Assembly (NCBI GenBank): GCA_008690995.1
Contig: VRMN01000001.1
Location: 558,001-622,000, forward strand
Source: Porphyridium purpureum
Taxonomy: Eukaryota
Reading direction: 5' to 3'
Length of the DNA stretch: 64,000 nucleotides
In this document: positions 38,178 to 51,550 of the stretch, piece by piece
How positions within the stretch are numbered: the first letter of the stretch is position 1
Layout: each line of letters opens with the position of its first letter
Notes under the pieces: model-generated
Databases searched by the model: none
Seen by the model: only the letters and a program-made list of their open reading frames with translations
Told to the model about the DNA's origin: nothing
Program-made: the position numbers and the translations under genes

Positions 38178-41100
38178 ATGAGGAAGCAATTTGGGAATGG
38201 GAACAGTCGGTATCGGCAGGCATTTGGAGGAGGCAGTGGCGCTCAATATGGTGGGTTCGGGGCATCACGCGACTCGGACGCGCCTGCATCCGTCAAGGCG
38301 AGTGGCGAGGCGCGTCCTGAGGACGCGCAGGATTTTCAGTGGGCCGGCAGCGTGTCGGCCGCAGAGCAACGCGCAGAGCTGGACGCGGTGGATGCGCGGA
38401 GTGGGTACGAGCTCCTGCCATCGGAGGCCGCGCCTAGGCTCGGCTGGCTCCTTAATATGGTGCCCAGCACTGTCCAGGAGCCCGCGTCGCGCAAGAAAAT
38501 GGACGTAGTGGATCTGTTTTTCTTGGGTGCCGACGGGCGCGACTTTCGTGCCACACTCGTTGCCCACCCATACTTTTACCTTGCGGCGGAAAATGATCAG
38601 CTGGTTGATGTGGAAGCGGCGCTGCGCAGGAGCTATGCAGAGCTCATTGTGAACCTATCTCACGTCGAACTTAACGATCTATCGCAGTTGAACCACCTCG
38701 CGTCGGAATCGTCGCGGGCGTTCCTGAAAGTGGAACTGCGCAGCAGCCGAGACCTGACGATGCTCAAGCGCAAATTGATGCCATATGCCAATGCGCACAA
38801 GCAGCGCCAGTCATACTCTTCCTCGAGTGCGGGTGCCGGGTCATCGCTTGCCGTGACACTTAACCAGCGGTCCAGCTCAGGTGTAACCTCGGGAGTGGCG
38901 CAGCACAATCATGCCCTATCGCTCATTTGCGATATTCGTGAGCACGACGTGGCGCCCGTGAACCGCGTTGCGATCGACCTTAACGTGCGTGCGGGCTACT
39001 GGTACAACGTACTGGTGCAGCCGTTCGCCGGTGCAGGAGGGAACAGCTCCGCAGTGAATGATTCACCATTGTCGCTGTTGCACCGTGGAGACACCAGCGC
39101 TGAGCACATGAACACAAACTTCAAGCGACAGCAACAGCAGCAGCTGCTTACGTGCTCCCTGTTGGAGCGCGTACCATCGATACTGCAGCGTGCGGTGCCG
39201 ACCGTTTTAGCATATGATATTGAAACGTCAAAAGCTCCGCTCAAATTTCCTGATGCGCACAGTGGCGATCAAGTCGTCATGATATCATGGATGACAGATG
39301 GCCAGGGCTACTTGGGCGTGAACCGAGCGCTCGTAAGCGCAGACATTGCTGATTTTGAGTACAGTCCTTCAGAGACGTTCCGGGGAGAGTTTGAATGTTT
39401 CAATGAACGCGACGAGAAGGCGCTTTTAGAGCGCTTTTTCGCGAGCGTGCGAGCGTGCGCGCCGCGCATATTCGTCACCTACAATGGTGATTCTTTCGAT
39501 TGGCCGTTTGTGCAAGCACGAGCAGGGGCACACGGCTTGAGCATGTGGGACCAAATTGGCATGGTTGTCGATGAAGCCTCGGGTGAGTGTCGCGGGCGCG
39601 GCGCCTTGCATCTCGATTGCTTCCACTGGGTGAATCGCGACTCATACCTCCCTCAGGGCTCGCGAGGTCTTAAGGCAGTGACGCGCACGCTACTGGGATA
39701 CGACCCACTCGAGCTCGACCCCGAGGAAATGATGCCCGCGGCGCGTGAGCGCCCGCAGCTTTTGGCGTCTTACTCTGTCTCAGATGCCGTCTGCACGTAC
39801 TATCTTTTCACCAAGTACGTTCAACCGTTTGTGTTTTCGCTCGCGAACATCATCCCGCTGTGTCCGGACGACGTGCTGCGCAAGGGTTCCGGCACGCTCT
39901 GTGAGAGCCTTCTGATGAGTGAGGCAAGAGAGCGATGCATAGTGGCCCCGGACAAGGTCGTTGTGTCGGGGCTTAAGCAAACGCACGACGGTGCGCTTCT
40001 CGAGAGCGAGACCTACATTGGCGGTCACGTCGAGGCCCTGCAGTGTGGCATCTTCCGCTCTGACTTACCCATGGCTTTTGAGATGGATCCAGAAGCCATT
40101 GCAGAGCTCGAAGCCAGCGTGGACGAGTTGCTAGCATTCTTTGTTCGCACTGAGGCGCGGTGGGAATTAAGCGACGTGAGCAACTATGCTGATGTGAGGG
40201 CGCAGATTCTGAATGAGCTTCAGGGGCAGCGCGAGCGCCCCGTGCGCACTGAGCTGCCGCTTATCTATCATCTTGATGTGGGTGCCATGTACCCGAACAT
40301 CATTCTGACCAACCGGCTGCAACCCAACGCCATGGTCACAGACGAGCACTGTGCTGCTTGCGACTTTAATGGCATGTCGGACTGTCAGCGCAGCATGGCG
40401 TGGACTTGGCGCGGTGAGACGTATCCCGTATCACGCGGTGAGTTGGAAATGGTGTACCGCACGATGGCAAACGATTCCAGCGTGCCTGCGGACGCCTCGC
40501 CGGCGCAGCGCGAGGATATTCTACGTTCGCGTCTGAAGGAGTATTCACGGCGAGTGTACAAGCGCGCTCTGATGACATCTACGGAGGCTCGCGAGTCAAC
40601 GGTCTGCCAACGTGAAAATCCATTTTACGTCGACACGGTTCGTGCCTTCCGGGACCGCCGGTACGAGTACAAGGAATTGCTGAAGCAGTGGAAAAAGAAG
40701 CTCGCTTTAGCTCAGCAGGAGGCGGCCGGCGAGTCAGAAGGGACGACAGCTGTTGCTGCAGCACTGCAAGAAGCTCGGAGCATGGTCGTGCTGTATGACT
40801 CGATGCAGCTCGCACACAAAGCCATCTTGAATTCGTTCTATGGGTATGTCATGCGAAAGGGAGCGCGGTGGTACTCCATGGAGATGGCGGGCATCGTGAC
40901 GCTGACGGGTGCGCAGATCATTAAGCAAGCCCGCGAGCTTATTGAACGTATTGGCGTAGCGCTCGAGCTCGATACAGACGGTATCTGGTGCACAATACCA
41001 GCGTCATTCCCGGACAGCTTTGAGTTGACGCACGCCACGTCCGGCAAAAAGTGCACGATGAGCTTTTTGTGCACCGTTTTTAATTATCGTGTCAACCAGC

Positions 41101-44100
41101 AGTTCAGTAATCACCAGTACCAGACACTGGCGGAGAATGGCAAGTACAAAGTTTCCTCCGAGTGCTCAATCTACTTTGAAGTGGACGGTCCCTACCGCGC
41201 TATGGTGCTCCCGGCATCCAAGGAGGAAGGGAAGAGCATTAAGAAGCGATACGCGGTCTTCAACGCCGATGGCTCGTTGGCTGAACTTAAAGGATTTGAG
41301 ATCAAGCGCCGCGGGGAGCTTAAGCTCATCAAGATTTTCCAGGGTGATATCTTTGGTAGCTTTCTGGCCGGTACGGATCTCACCGAGTGCTACGCAAGCG
41401 TCGCCACACTAGCTAACCGATGGCTAGATGTGCTCGACCAACACGGCGCCATGCTGACTGACGACGAACTGCTCGAACTTTTGGTAGAGCAGAATAACAT
41501 GAGTCGCGCACTGCACGAATACATTAAGGAGCAGCAAAAGTCGTGCGCGATCACCTGTGCCAAGCGCATTGCGGACTTTCTTGGCGACGACATGGTCAAG
41601 GACAAAGGGTTGGCGTGCAAGTACGTGATTGCAAAGCGGCCATTCGGCACGCAGGTGACAGAGCGGCCGGTTCCAGTAGACATCTTCAAGGCGTCACCCG
41701 CCGTGCGCGCTCGCTTCCTGAAGCGCTGGCTGCGGACTCATGATGAACAGGATACCGAACTGCGTGAGCTAATCGATTGGGACTACTACCGTGTACGCCT
41801 GGGCTCGGCTATCCTCAAAATTATTTCTATTCCAGCTGTGCTGCAGGGTGTAGCGAACCCTGTACCACGTGTCGCGCTCCCGGACTGGCTTATTCGTCGT
41901 CAGCGCGAGCTTGAATCGTCGCACAAGCAGGCCACGCTTGACACCTTCCTTGTGCGCAAGCTCTGCGCTCCGAAACTCAAGCCACTTGCGGATGTTCCCG
42001 TGTCATCGGCACCAGGCCTTGCCGACATGGAAGATCTCGGCGCCAGAAACCACTCTACTTCGCCGGGCTTCAAGGTGGCAGTTGTGTCCAAGTTACAGAG
42101 CAAGCGCGTAAACTTTCATCCCAGCGAGGATCCTTGCAGCAACGAAAACACGGATAACTGCGTACCCGGAGCTCCGGAGCAGATCCGAAAAAATCACATC
42201 GATCCGGATATCAGTGACTACTCGGCATGGCTTCAGGTCGCCAAACAGAAATGGCTGGCGGGCTCAAATGCTACGATAAGTCCAAGGATGATCGGTGTCG
42301 CAAGTGCGAAAGGCACTGGGCGCGTGAATGCTGCATCGTCTCGCAAACGGGCGCGCGAGCTCGCGTTTAATCCTGTCAGTGTTTCTGAGGATGGAATCCC
42401 TGACACGAGAAAGCGGAGGCTGAAAGGACTTAGCCTCTATTTCTCGCATGCCGGAAATCATCACCAGCAGCAGCAAGGTCCAAATGGATATGAACCTTTC
42501 AGCAGCAACGCTGGGGAGCCAACCAAATCTACATTTGGTTTGCTCAGAACCGGAAGCGCGTCGGCAACGCACAATAACCTGCTCTCTAGCAGTCGAACAA
42601 GCAACACGCTGATGTCTCTGAGTGAGACAAGGCAGTGCCTGTTGTCGTGTAAATGGCATGTGATCAAAGTCGAGCCTGCTAGCGCAGGCGTCTTGAAGTA
42701 CTGGGTGCTCCCTTATCTAGCCACGAACACGGCAAAAAATAGTTTCCGTGTGGGCACTCTGACCGCACTCAGCGTCGCAGTGCCCAGAGTATTGTACGTC
42801 AACTGTTTCCAAGAGCAAGACCACGCGTTCATTTCACAGCTAGAAAGGTTGGGAATAGGCCGCAGCGCGGCAGAAGGACATGTCAAGTGCGAACTGTCGG
42901 ACTTTGAGCTACCCCGAAGTCGGACTCGGCATTTCTTGTACCGCATCGAGCTTTCGGAGGCGATCTACCAAGAAATGCCACTTTTGCTCGCGGACTGGAT
43001 GCGCGGGACAAGTTCTGGCGGTGCTATCGAAGGCGTCTATGGGCGCGGCAGCACAATGATTGATCAAGCTATTTTGCGGCTGGGCGGTGTGATTGCGCCG
43101 CGACATGCAGCACTTCTACAGCGCAAACAGAAAGGAGTATTGAATGGTAGCCCTGTGCTACAACCAACGGTGTGGGACTTGAATGAGCTGGACGACGCCA
43201 GTTTTGTCCAAGCAGAGGGCAGAGGCAAGAGCGGTGCATCATCCTCATTTTTCGGCTCAGCGTCTTGCGCAACTGACTGGCAGAAAAAGGGGGGGTGGTG
43301 GAGCGGCGACGCTAAGTTATTTGTTCAAGTCGCGCTCGTTTTTGCAGTACGTCCACGTACTGGAGCACTGGGCAGACGACCAGTCCGGCCGAGGTGCTGT
43401 AGTATTCATGCATGAGCCAACCCAGTCAGCCGTGGTGATCATGGCCGGAGCGTCGCAAGGTATGCACCAGACTACGATCGAGCCGGTTGCGCTGTTCCAG
43501 AACGCGCTTTTTGCGCACAAGAACGGACGCGCTGGTGGTGATGGTGGGCGGAACAGCACTGAGGCCCTTGAACAAACGGACGCGGCAGGGTGGAAAGTTG
43601 AATTGGAAATCGCGAAGAGTGTGGCGGAGGCTAAGAAATCGTTGGCTTCACGTCTGTTTTCGCTTATAGGTGAGAGGGATCGTTCACAGAATGTCTCTGA
43701 TGCTAGACGCACAATACTGTGCGTGCACTCGCGGCGGAGTGCGGAGGATGTGAAAGCAGACTTTAGCGCGTTGCGCAGCTTTCCTATTGTGCATATGTCG
43801 TTGCCGGTGCGGTCGTCGGCCGGCTCGTTACAGCTGCCAGCGCTGCGGTGGGAGTCTCCCTTGGTTTCGACCCTATTTGCACAATACTTTGCGCGGAGCA
43901 CGCACCTCCAGGAAAGTGTGCCACTTGCACGACTCGCAGGCATCCCGCTTGCTAACCTTGGCGAGCAGCATGATGATGTTCACGTGCATGCGCTTGATAC
44001 AATGTATGCGCGCCAGCTCCACCTTCGAAAGTTGGTGCCGTGGACGTCCCGCACGCGGCGGCCTGATCTTGCCGGGTACGAGGGATCGGAGATGAGCGGT

Positions 44101-46047
44101 GCATCTGAGCAGGCGGACGCCCAGGCTTTACACTACGCCAAGCCGGGTATGTATCGCACTGTTTGCTTTGACGTGGAGGTGCAAAACCTTGTTGTGACCG
44201 CGATCACGAGGAGCGCGCAGTTTGGAGATCTACACTGCCTCGAATTAGAGCACGCGCGCGCAAAGGCCGCCGCGAAAGCGAGCGGCAGGGCCCCAGCACA
44301 ACAGCATCGCAAACCTTCCTTTTCAGTGGATTCTCTATGTAGTAGTGCTGAAGGCAAAAGTGGCGGCGGTCGGGTGAACCTGAGACCGCTGGATACCCCA
44401 GCAATCGAGGACTTGAGTGCATCGCTGCCAAGCTTCCTGGTGCTCCGCGAGATGGTGAGTGCAATGGAGAATGGCGCTGACTGTGCAAGTGACGACCACA
44501 GCGGCCGTGGCAGCGCTGCGTCATCAACGGCCAGCGCGCTGCTCCAGCACGTGGCGCGTTGGGTGAATTCCACGCATGCGCTCATGTACGAGCCCGGTGT
44601 CGTATACTTCGTGCGTTCACTCCAAAAGCGCGTTTTTGCGCTATTAGTAGCCGAGTTTTCGCGACTCGGAGCCAGTGTGGTGTTTGCCACGTCTCGCCGT
44701 CTGATGTTAGCGACGCGAAAGACAAGCGTCAGCGACGCCGTCAAGTATGTGGGCTTTTTGGAACGCACAGTACGCGCGCATAACGTTCTTAGTAAGCTGC
44801 GCTTTGCACCTATTCTCGGCGTGTATGTGTCTCTGGCGTTTGCCGATCCTTTGAACTATGTGGCGTTGCCAGCCAACGAACAGGAGCGAATTTGCTCGGG
44901 TGACGTCGCTGGCGTACATCAGGAGCAGCATCAGGAGCATCTTAAGCACGCAGTCCGGGATGGTGCGGACGGCATCGTCAGAGACCTGTCCAAGGAGGTT
45001 GGCGAAGTCGCAATGACCGCCAAGTCGCTCTTTCTGCAAAAGTATGTGCGAGATATGCCCTCCTGCACATTTATTTGGCAGCATGGCGGCGCACTCGCTC
45101 TTGGCACGTATGGGGCGGCAGCAAGCGCAAGGCGCGAATGGATGAAGGTGGCAAATTATATGCTACGCCAGCCGCTTGTGCTCCACTACGCCAGCCAAGC
45201 CGCGATGCCATGTGACGTTGAAACAAGTCGCGACGAAGGCGGTGCGCCTCCACGTCAAGTCAAGTTTGGCGGGCTTGGGTTGGTTCCAGAAGCCAGACAA
45301 GTATTTGGAGAACTGGCTCCGTTGGTGGTTGAAAGCGTGTCTGCTCTTCTGAAGTGTGGCGGTCAGCACCGTCCCGGACGAGATGCGTCAGAGAACGAAG
45401 AAGAAGCCGTTGGTGACTCCCTCGAGGACGCGTCATCGTCTGCGCGACGGCTGAAGCTTGCCTTGGATTTTATTTTGGACGTGTGTCGTTTGTTCGAGTT
45501 GGACTCGTCACTTGAAGCAGAAACGTCGACCCTAAGGAGGCATTTACTCAGTCTTGTGGGGGCACGTGAATTCAGCTTGGACGATCATAGAAGAGATCAC
45601 TTGGCGTCATCGGCAGCGCTTGCTGGAGCAGTTTATCTTGAGGATGTTCTGTGTCTGCAGTGTGGGGAGCTTACAGACCTGTATTTGGCATGCGACGCAT
45701 CGGATCTGGCAAAGTCTGGTCGTGAGCGAGACGCAGAATTTACCTGCTCGTGGTGCCGAGCCCCGTTTCGCACAGAGGCATTGGAGATGCGACTACTTGG
45801 CATTGTTCGCGGTATGCTTCAGCGCTTTTTCATCCAGGATGTGCGGTGCGAGAAATGTGGCCTGGTGTCTCGCGACAGCATGAACATCTGCTGCTCAACG
45901 AGCTGCGCCGGTGCGCTTAGGCTGGGCGAGGATTATGTTGCGAACCAGAAAGTCCTTCTGAAAATTCACTCACTTGCGCGAACTGTAGGCATGCGAGTCC
46001 TCGAAAGCTTACTCGACTTTCACTGTGCGTCGATGGTGGTGGAATAG
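38178..46047 (+). CDS. POLE: DNA polymerase epsilon catalytic subunit (Pol2/POLE); frame broken near 43284-43295 in this sequence
   Basis: GWLLNM, exonuclease YDIETSKAPLKFPDA and TYNGDSFDWPF, RDSYLPQGS, ESETYIGGHVE, YHLDVGAMYPNIILTNRLQP, Fe-S cysteines (CAAC...C...CQRENPFY), ELDTDG, IDWDYY. The second ORF (43183..46047) carries the C-terminal module and zinc fingers CLQC/CSWC and CEKC/CCSTSC. Confidence 0.96.
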
Positions 46048-46693
46048 ACTTTGCTCTCGAGTACTTTTTGAACAGTTGGATTAATTCGCTTCATGGCCGG
46101 CAGACGTGAACCAATACTGTTTCGTGCCTTGGAGAACTGCCATTGGTCATGAGTTACTTGTTGATCAAACATCTCACCAAGTTATCGTAACGCAGCACAG
46201 TTTGAGTCCTTGCGCTACTCAAATAATAAAGCTTCCGTCAGAACGCAAATTCTATCCGCACGAGATCTTTCCTGCTGCGCACCGGCACCAAGTCCGTACG
46301 TGCGTGAATCCGCACTTTTCCTCTTTGACTGAGTACCAGCACTCACGCTAAAATTTTCCAAACACCGGCACACTGCGCTTCACGCCCGATGTTTGAGGCG
46401 GCAAGTATGATCCAGGTTTTACGAGGGAAAGGATGCCTTTGAAAATGCTTCGGGTTCGCCAGCTTGCCAAGGATAAAAGTACGGCATGCTTAATTACAAG
46501 ACGATACCGCGAAGTAGTTTGGGTTTCTCCAAGATTTGGGTAGCCAGTGACTTAGCCTAAATTTACATGGGCCATTGACACCTCGCTTGCCTGAAAAGAA
46601 GCGTGCTTGGCGTGGAAGACAAGAACTTCAAAATAACTTGCGAGAGATCATCAGCAAAAGCTTCACGTGCGAGACCTGTGACCGACTGCATGT

Positions 46694-49600
46694 CTAACGA
46701 CTAGCGGGCACGTCGGGCACGCACACGTCGGGCACGGGCACGTCGGGCACGGGCACGTCGGGCACGGGCACATCGGGCACGGGCTCGCTCGAGTCATTCG
46801 GATTCTTTGCCCCATCCTCTGCGGTTTGCGCCTCGTCCTCTCGTTTTGATTCCGTACCGGTTCCAACGGCAGCGACCGCTTCATTATCGGCCGGACCTTC
46901 CGCAGCTTTGGTCGATTCCGAGGAAAGCTTGGAAATCCATGCAAAGAACTTTTCCTTTCGCGTCTTGGATAGAACGCCGCGCTTGGAAGTTGCGCAGAGT
47001 TTGCTCTGTCTCCACAAAAAGTCCTCATTGCCATCTACGAAAAAAAGACGCCGCGCCCGAACGCACAGTCGACTCTCCTGTGAATTCACAATGACCGCAT
47101 CGGACTCTGGCTGCGCTTCATCGCAGATGTCCATTGACATTTCAGTTGTCGACGGAGTTCTCCCGCGAACCATGCACTTTCTTCTCACGCGGGCGATCTG
47201 CTTTTCCAGAATTTTTCCTGACGGAGCAACTGCGAACCCTTCTTCGGCGTTTTCACCCACAGTCTTGTCACCTCCGTGTTCGTCATGTTCCCCATCATCG
47301 TCACCTTGCTCGTCTTCTGTGTCAGGTGGAAGCGTATCAAACCCAAGTATCTTGCTCAGAAGCCACTTCGCGTCGAGCATTTCTTCCATCTCACTTGCCG
47401 CGCTCGAGATTGCGTGAAAAGTAATCACGTTGAATACATCCGAACTATCGGCTTTGGCAGGGCCCATGACAACAGACGCAGGGCGCGGACCCGGAATCAA
47501 TTGTACACGGAAAAGATGAGACGGCGGTTGCGATCGCTCGGACACAACCGTACTTTTCGCAAACTCGAGATAAACTTCTTCCGGTATTGAAGGAGGCATC
47601 GCTTTTCTCTGACGGCTCGGAGCAGGCGCACGGTTCACACTTGTGGCGCAAAACAGATCGATCAGCTTCATCGAACATGTATTGGCCGCGCCGCCTCCAA
47701 AGCAAGCCAAGACCAAGCGGACAAACTTGGTCATCAGCTTATCAATCGTGTACAAAACGTAGGATTCTGGGCCTAAAATCTCGCGACATGCATCTTCGTA
47801 CTTAGCTGCGTCCACCGACCCGGACAGAAAGCCGTAAAGTAAATCCATGTACTGTTCGAAGAGCACGGATGCGTCGGCAGACCGCCTCTGATGCATTCGA
47901 GACTCAATGGGGCGCTGTGCTTGAACATGCGCTCGTTCACCATCTTTGTTGACGGCTGTAGCAACCACAGTACTAGCAGCAGCATCATCCGAGAGCTCGG
48001 AAAAGCCAGCGTGGTCACTGAGAGCCGACGGCGCAAAAACCAAATCTGCAGGAGGGACAACAGCTCCGCTTTGATTATTCCCGCCGCGTTCACGATCGCT
48101 CTCTATGCGTCGCTGTTCCTTTTCAGCCACTTCACGGGCAAGTTTTCGAGCGTATGTGATACGCTCAAGCATGCACCGATACAATCTCAGGAACAAGTAC
48201 ACATTCTCGTCTCCATACAGCACCGCCGATAAGATATTTCCGCTCGGGCTCTGGCAATCCGTGCTGCCCAAAGCATCGGCTGACTTTGCTCCTTTCCCAT
48301 CGTACGTCGGTGTTTCGTCTGAGCTTTCAATGTCCGCAGCAGTCCCAAAGGACATCTCCGGGAAGACAAAGCTGCCGTCCTCTTCCATAATGCAGTCTAC
48401 ACATTGGTCACGTCCTGATCCTGAGGAAACAGCGCTTCCGTCACCATCATCATCATCGCCGCCCCCCGACCCCGAAGCATTTCCCGCAGCTGCAGCTACA
48501 GCCGCCTGCACTTCCGGCCCATCGTGTTGCTCGGCACCCGGATCGTCCCCTTCCTGTCCACAGCCAGAATGACGGCCAAAGCCACGGAACCACTTGCCCA
48601 TCGTCATCATGCGAAGTTTCACGCCGAAAAATAGCGTCACAAAGTGACTAAGCTTGCTCGCCACACGCGTTTGCTCATGCGCAGTCGATAGCTCATACTG
48701 AAGCGCAAACACTAGCAAATCATAAAGCACTTGGTGCGACGCAGGCTCGTCGCGCGACAAAAAGAGCAGTGCACGGCTTGACTCTGCCCATGCGGCACAA
48801 AATCGAACAAAGTCGAGACTGGAAGTGCTGATCGAGGAACCGCTAGCCTTTTCCAATTGCTCCGCGAGGGTATTCTCAACAGAGTTCAGACACGTCACGA
48901 GTGAATGATTCACATCTCTGTCGTCGCCACCCGCAGCGGCGGCGGCAGCGGCAGCGGCAGCGGCGGCGGCGGCGGCCGCCGCACCAGAACCAATGCGCGC
49001 AGATGCTGCGTTGGACCCGTTCAGCAGAGTCGGGTGTACATCGATTGTCGGTGAGCCACGTGGGAGCATGGCAACCCGAGACAGTCGAGCCGTTTTAGCT
49101 GCCTGTTCATCGAGCACCTCAGCGAGCAGCACTTTTGAACTCCACTCCTTCTTGTCAGCCTGCTTGAACTGGAAAGAGCGGTGATCAAGCGACTTGAGAT
49201 AATTTTTTTCACACACCTCACGCCAAATCTTGTTCATTTCGAGCCGCGCGCGTCGCCAGTGCTCGTCCTTTTGCTTAAGACGTGTCAGCACGACAGGTAT
49301 AGCGACGGCTGGGTTCACCTTGACCTGCTCAACAACATCGGCGCCGTGGTCTCCGTAAATTCGCTCTATTGCGCGCAGGTGGACCGGGGACAGCGCACCG
49401 TTTGCTAGCGCATGACGTTTCTTGTCGTCCGGTGATAGCTTGCCGATGGTTGCCGCGATCGGCTCAAGCCGTGCAATGGTGGCGGAATTCGTTTCAATGA
49501 CCATGTCGAGCTCGTATCTGTCGTCCTCACAGCGAAACAAGTTCTCCTCGTACTGATTTTTTCGTAGATGTTTGTTCGAGTAGTCCTCAGAGCCCGTGGG

Positions 49601-51467
49601 CACCGATACCCACACATCATTCAAAGATTTGCGTTCCATCTCCGACTTGCCCGAACAAACCGGCATAGGGAAGTCCGGAGGTAGCTTCTTGTAAGACTCC
49701 GTCGCCTTGATGTTTGACTCTGCCGCGATTTCAGACATCGGCCTGGATCGCATGGCATGCAGCTTGGACATCAATCCGGGATCATTCACATTCATGGCAG
49801 CGTGTGCGTCTACCTCCATCGCATCATGGGCATGTCCGTGCATTTGAAACTCGCCCGCACCGCCCATCATTCCTTCGGCGCGCGATGCGGGCAGCCCATG
49901 TCCTACAGAAGACGAGGATGCGAGCGAAGAGGATAGGGCTGTTGTCCCGCCGAGCGCGTGCACAGCGTCTTGAATGCCCACCCCGGTAGGTCCGGCGGCA
50001 TTCAGGGTCATATCTCCTGACATTTGGTGATGACGGTGTGCTTGCTGCTGCGGCATACCTATGCCCATGACCATACCCTCGCCGCTTTGACCAACACCGT
50101 GCTGTTGCTCACTCTGCAAGAGCATGAGCGCCGAGTTTGCGCCCGTTGATGTTTTGCCAAAGCCATCCAGGAAGGCAATGAACGCCTTGTAAAGCGACGG
50201 CCAGCGTCCAAAAAGCTCCTCGGCCAGCATGGCCAGCTCCTGTTTTGAAATAATCTCTTGAGAAAATAAGCTCAGACACTTGATGAACTCAGAATATAGC
50301 TGGTGCCCTTGAGGTGTCTGGCCTAGTCGTGCACGAATTTGTTCGAAGAAGTGCAGATCAGGTCGCGATGCCAGGGACACGTTCGGTCCACTAGTCGCTT
50401 GACCGGCACCCACACCCAATGGAATGGCGACACCGCCTACATTGATATTGCCAACTCCTCCTGTTCCCACCGAAACCCCGCCACCATGCGCAGCTGCTCC
50501 CGCACTGTGTCCCTTCTTGCCGCTTTCACCCTTCTTCTTTTTCTCTGTGGCTCCAGGTTGGCCCTGGTGCGCTGTCGCAACGGCGCTTCCTGGAAACGTC
50601 CCGCTGCCCATCGTGTTCATGCTGCTGAACACGCCACCGCCTTGATCCATGCGGGCACCCGCGGGTTGCGGTATTCCCCTCTTTGATGATCCTTTGACAG
50701 TGCGTGCGACTTTCGTCGCTGGCATCCCTCCCACCCCGCTTCCGCTGGCAAGTGGTCTCTTGGTACCACTGGGCTGCTGCGCTACTCCCGACCCCTTGCC
50801 GGCGCTGCCCACCCCAGGCTTCCCTGCTACCGCACTACCCCCCAACTTCCCAGCGCCCTGATTCGAAGCTTGTTGCATAGCCACAGGCTGCGAAGCTGGC
50901 AAAAACTGCGTGAACTCATGGAGCAAGTCAGGCTGATCATGGAACAACTCAGCAACCTGCTCATACACCTCCTTGATGGAACGCTGCTCCTTCTGGTATG
51001 TGTGCAGGATTTCAAGAAAATTCCGGTACACCCACTCGCGGCCTATGAAGCGAGTCTTAATTTTGTTCACATAATTGATGGCTTGATTGAACTCGATCAC
51101 TTTGTTGCTTGCCGGATCGCCTGGTGCTCCCATGCCGGTGCCATCACCGCCGGCCGCACCCGCCATGTGCAAGGGTACGGGACCCGCGGATGGCATGTTC
51201 ATCCCTATGATTGGCTGCTGGAATGGATGTTGCTGCATCACATGCTGTTGCGGCATCTCATGCGTCGATGCGGTCTGCTGCAGCTGCTGTTGCGGTTGCT
51301 GCGACTGCATTCGTCCCGCAGCGACGGGAGCATGCGAGCGAATGTTTGCCGGAGTCATGGGAAGAGGCGGCATGTACATTCCCATACTGCTGTGCTCACC
51401 CGGTCGCATTTCATGTGTGATCGAGTGCTCCGGTGGTGGACCGAGTCCACCTGCTTCATGTAGCGGT

Positions 51468-51499
<32 letters not shown>

Positions 51500-51508
51500 T
51501 TGTTGTTG

Positions 51509-51550
<42 letters not shown>

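Noticed and set aside
43234..43283. Candidate intron GTGCAT...ACTGAC.TGGCAG to explain the POLE break
   Set aside because: Its length is 50 nt (2 mod 3), but joining the frames needs 1 mod 3.
43283..43289. G AAA AAG as a -1 ribosomal frameshift site
   Set aside because: The downstream POLE ORF is in the +1 frame, not -1.
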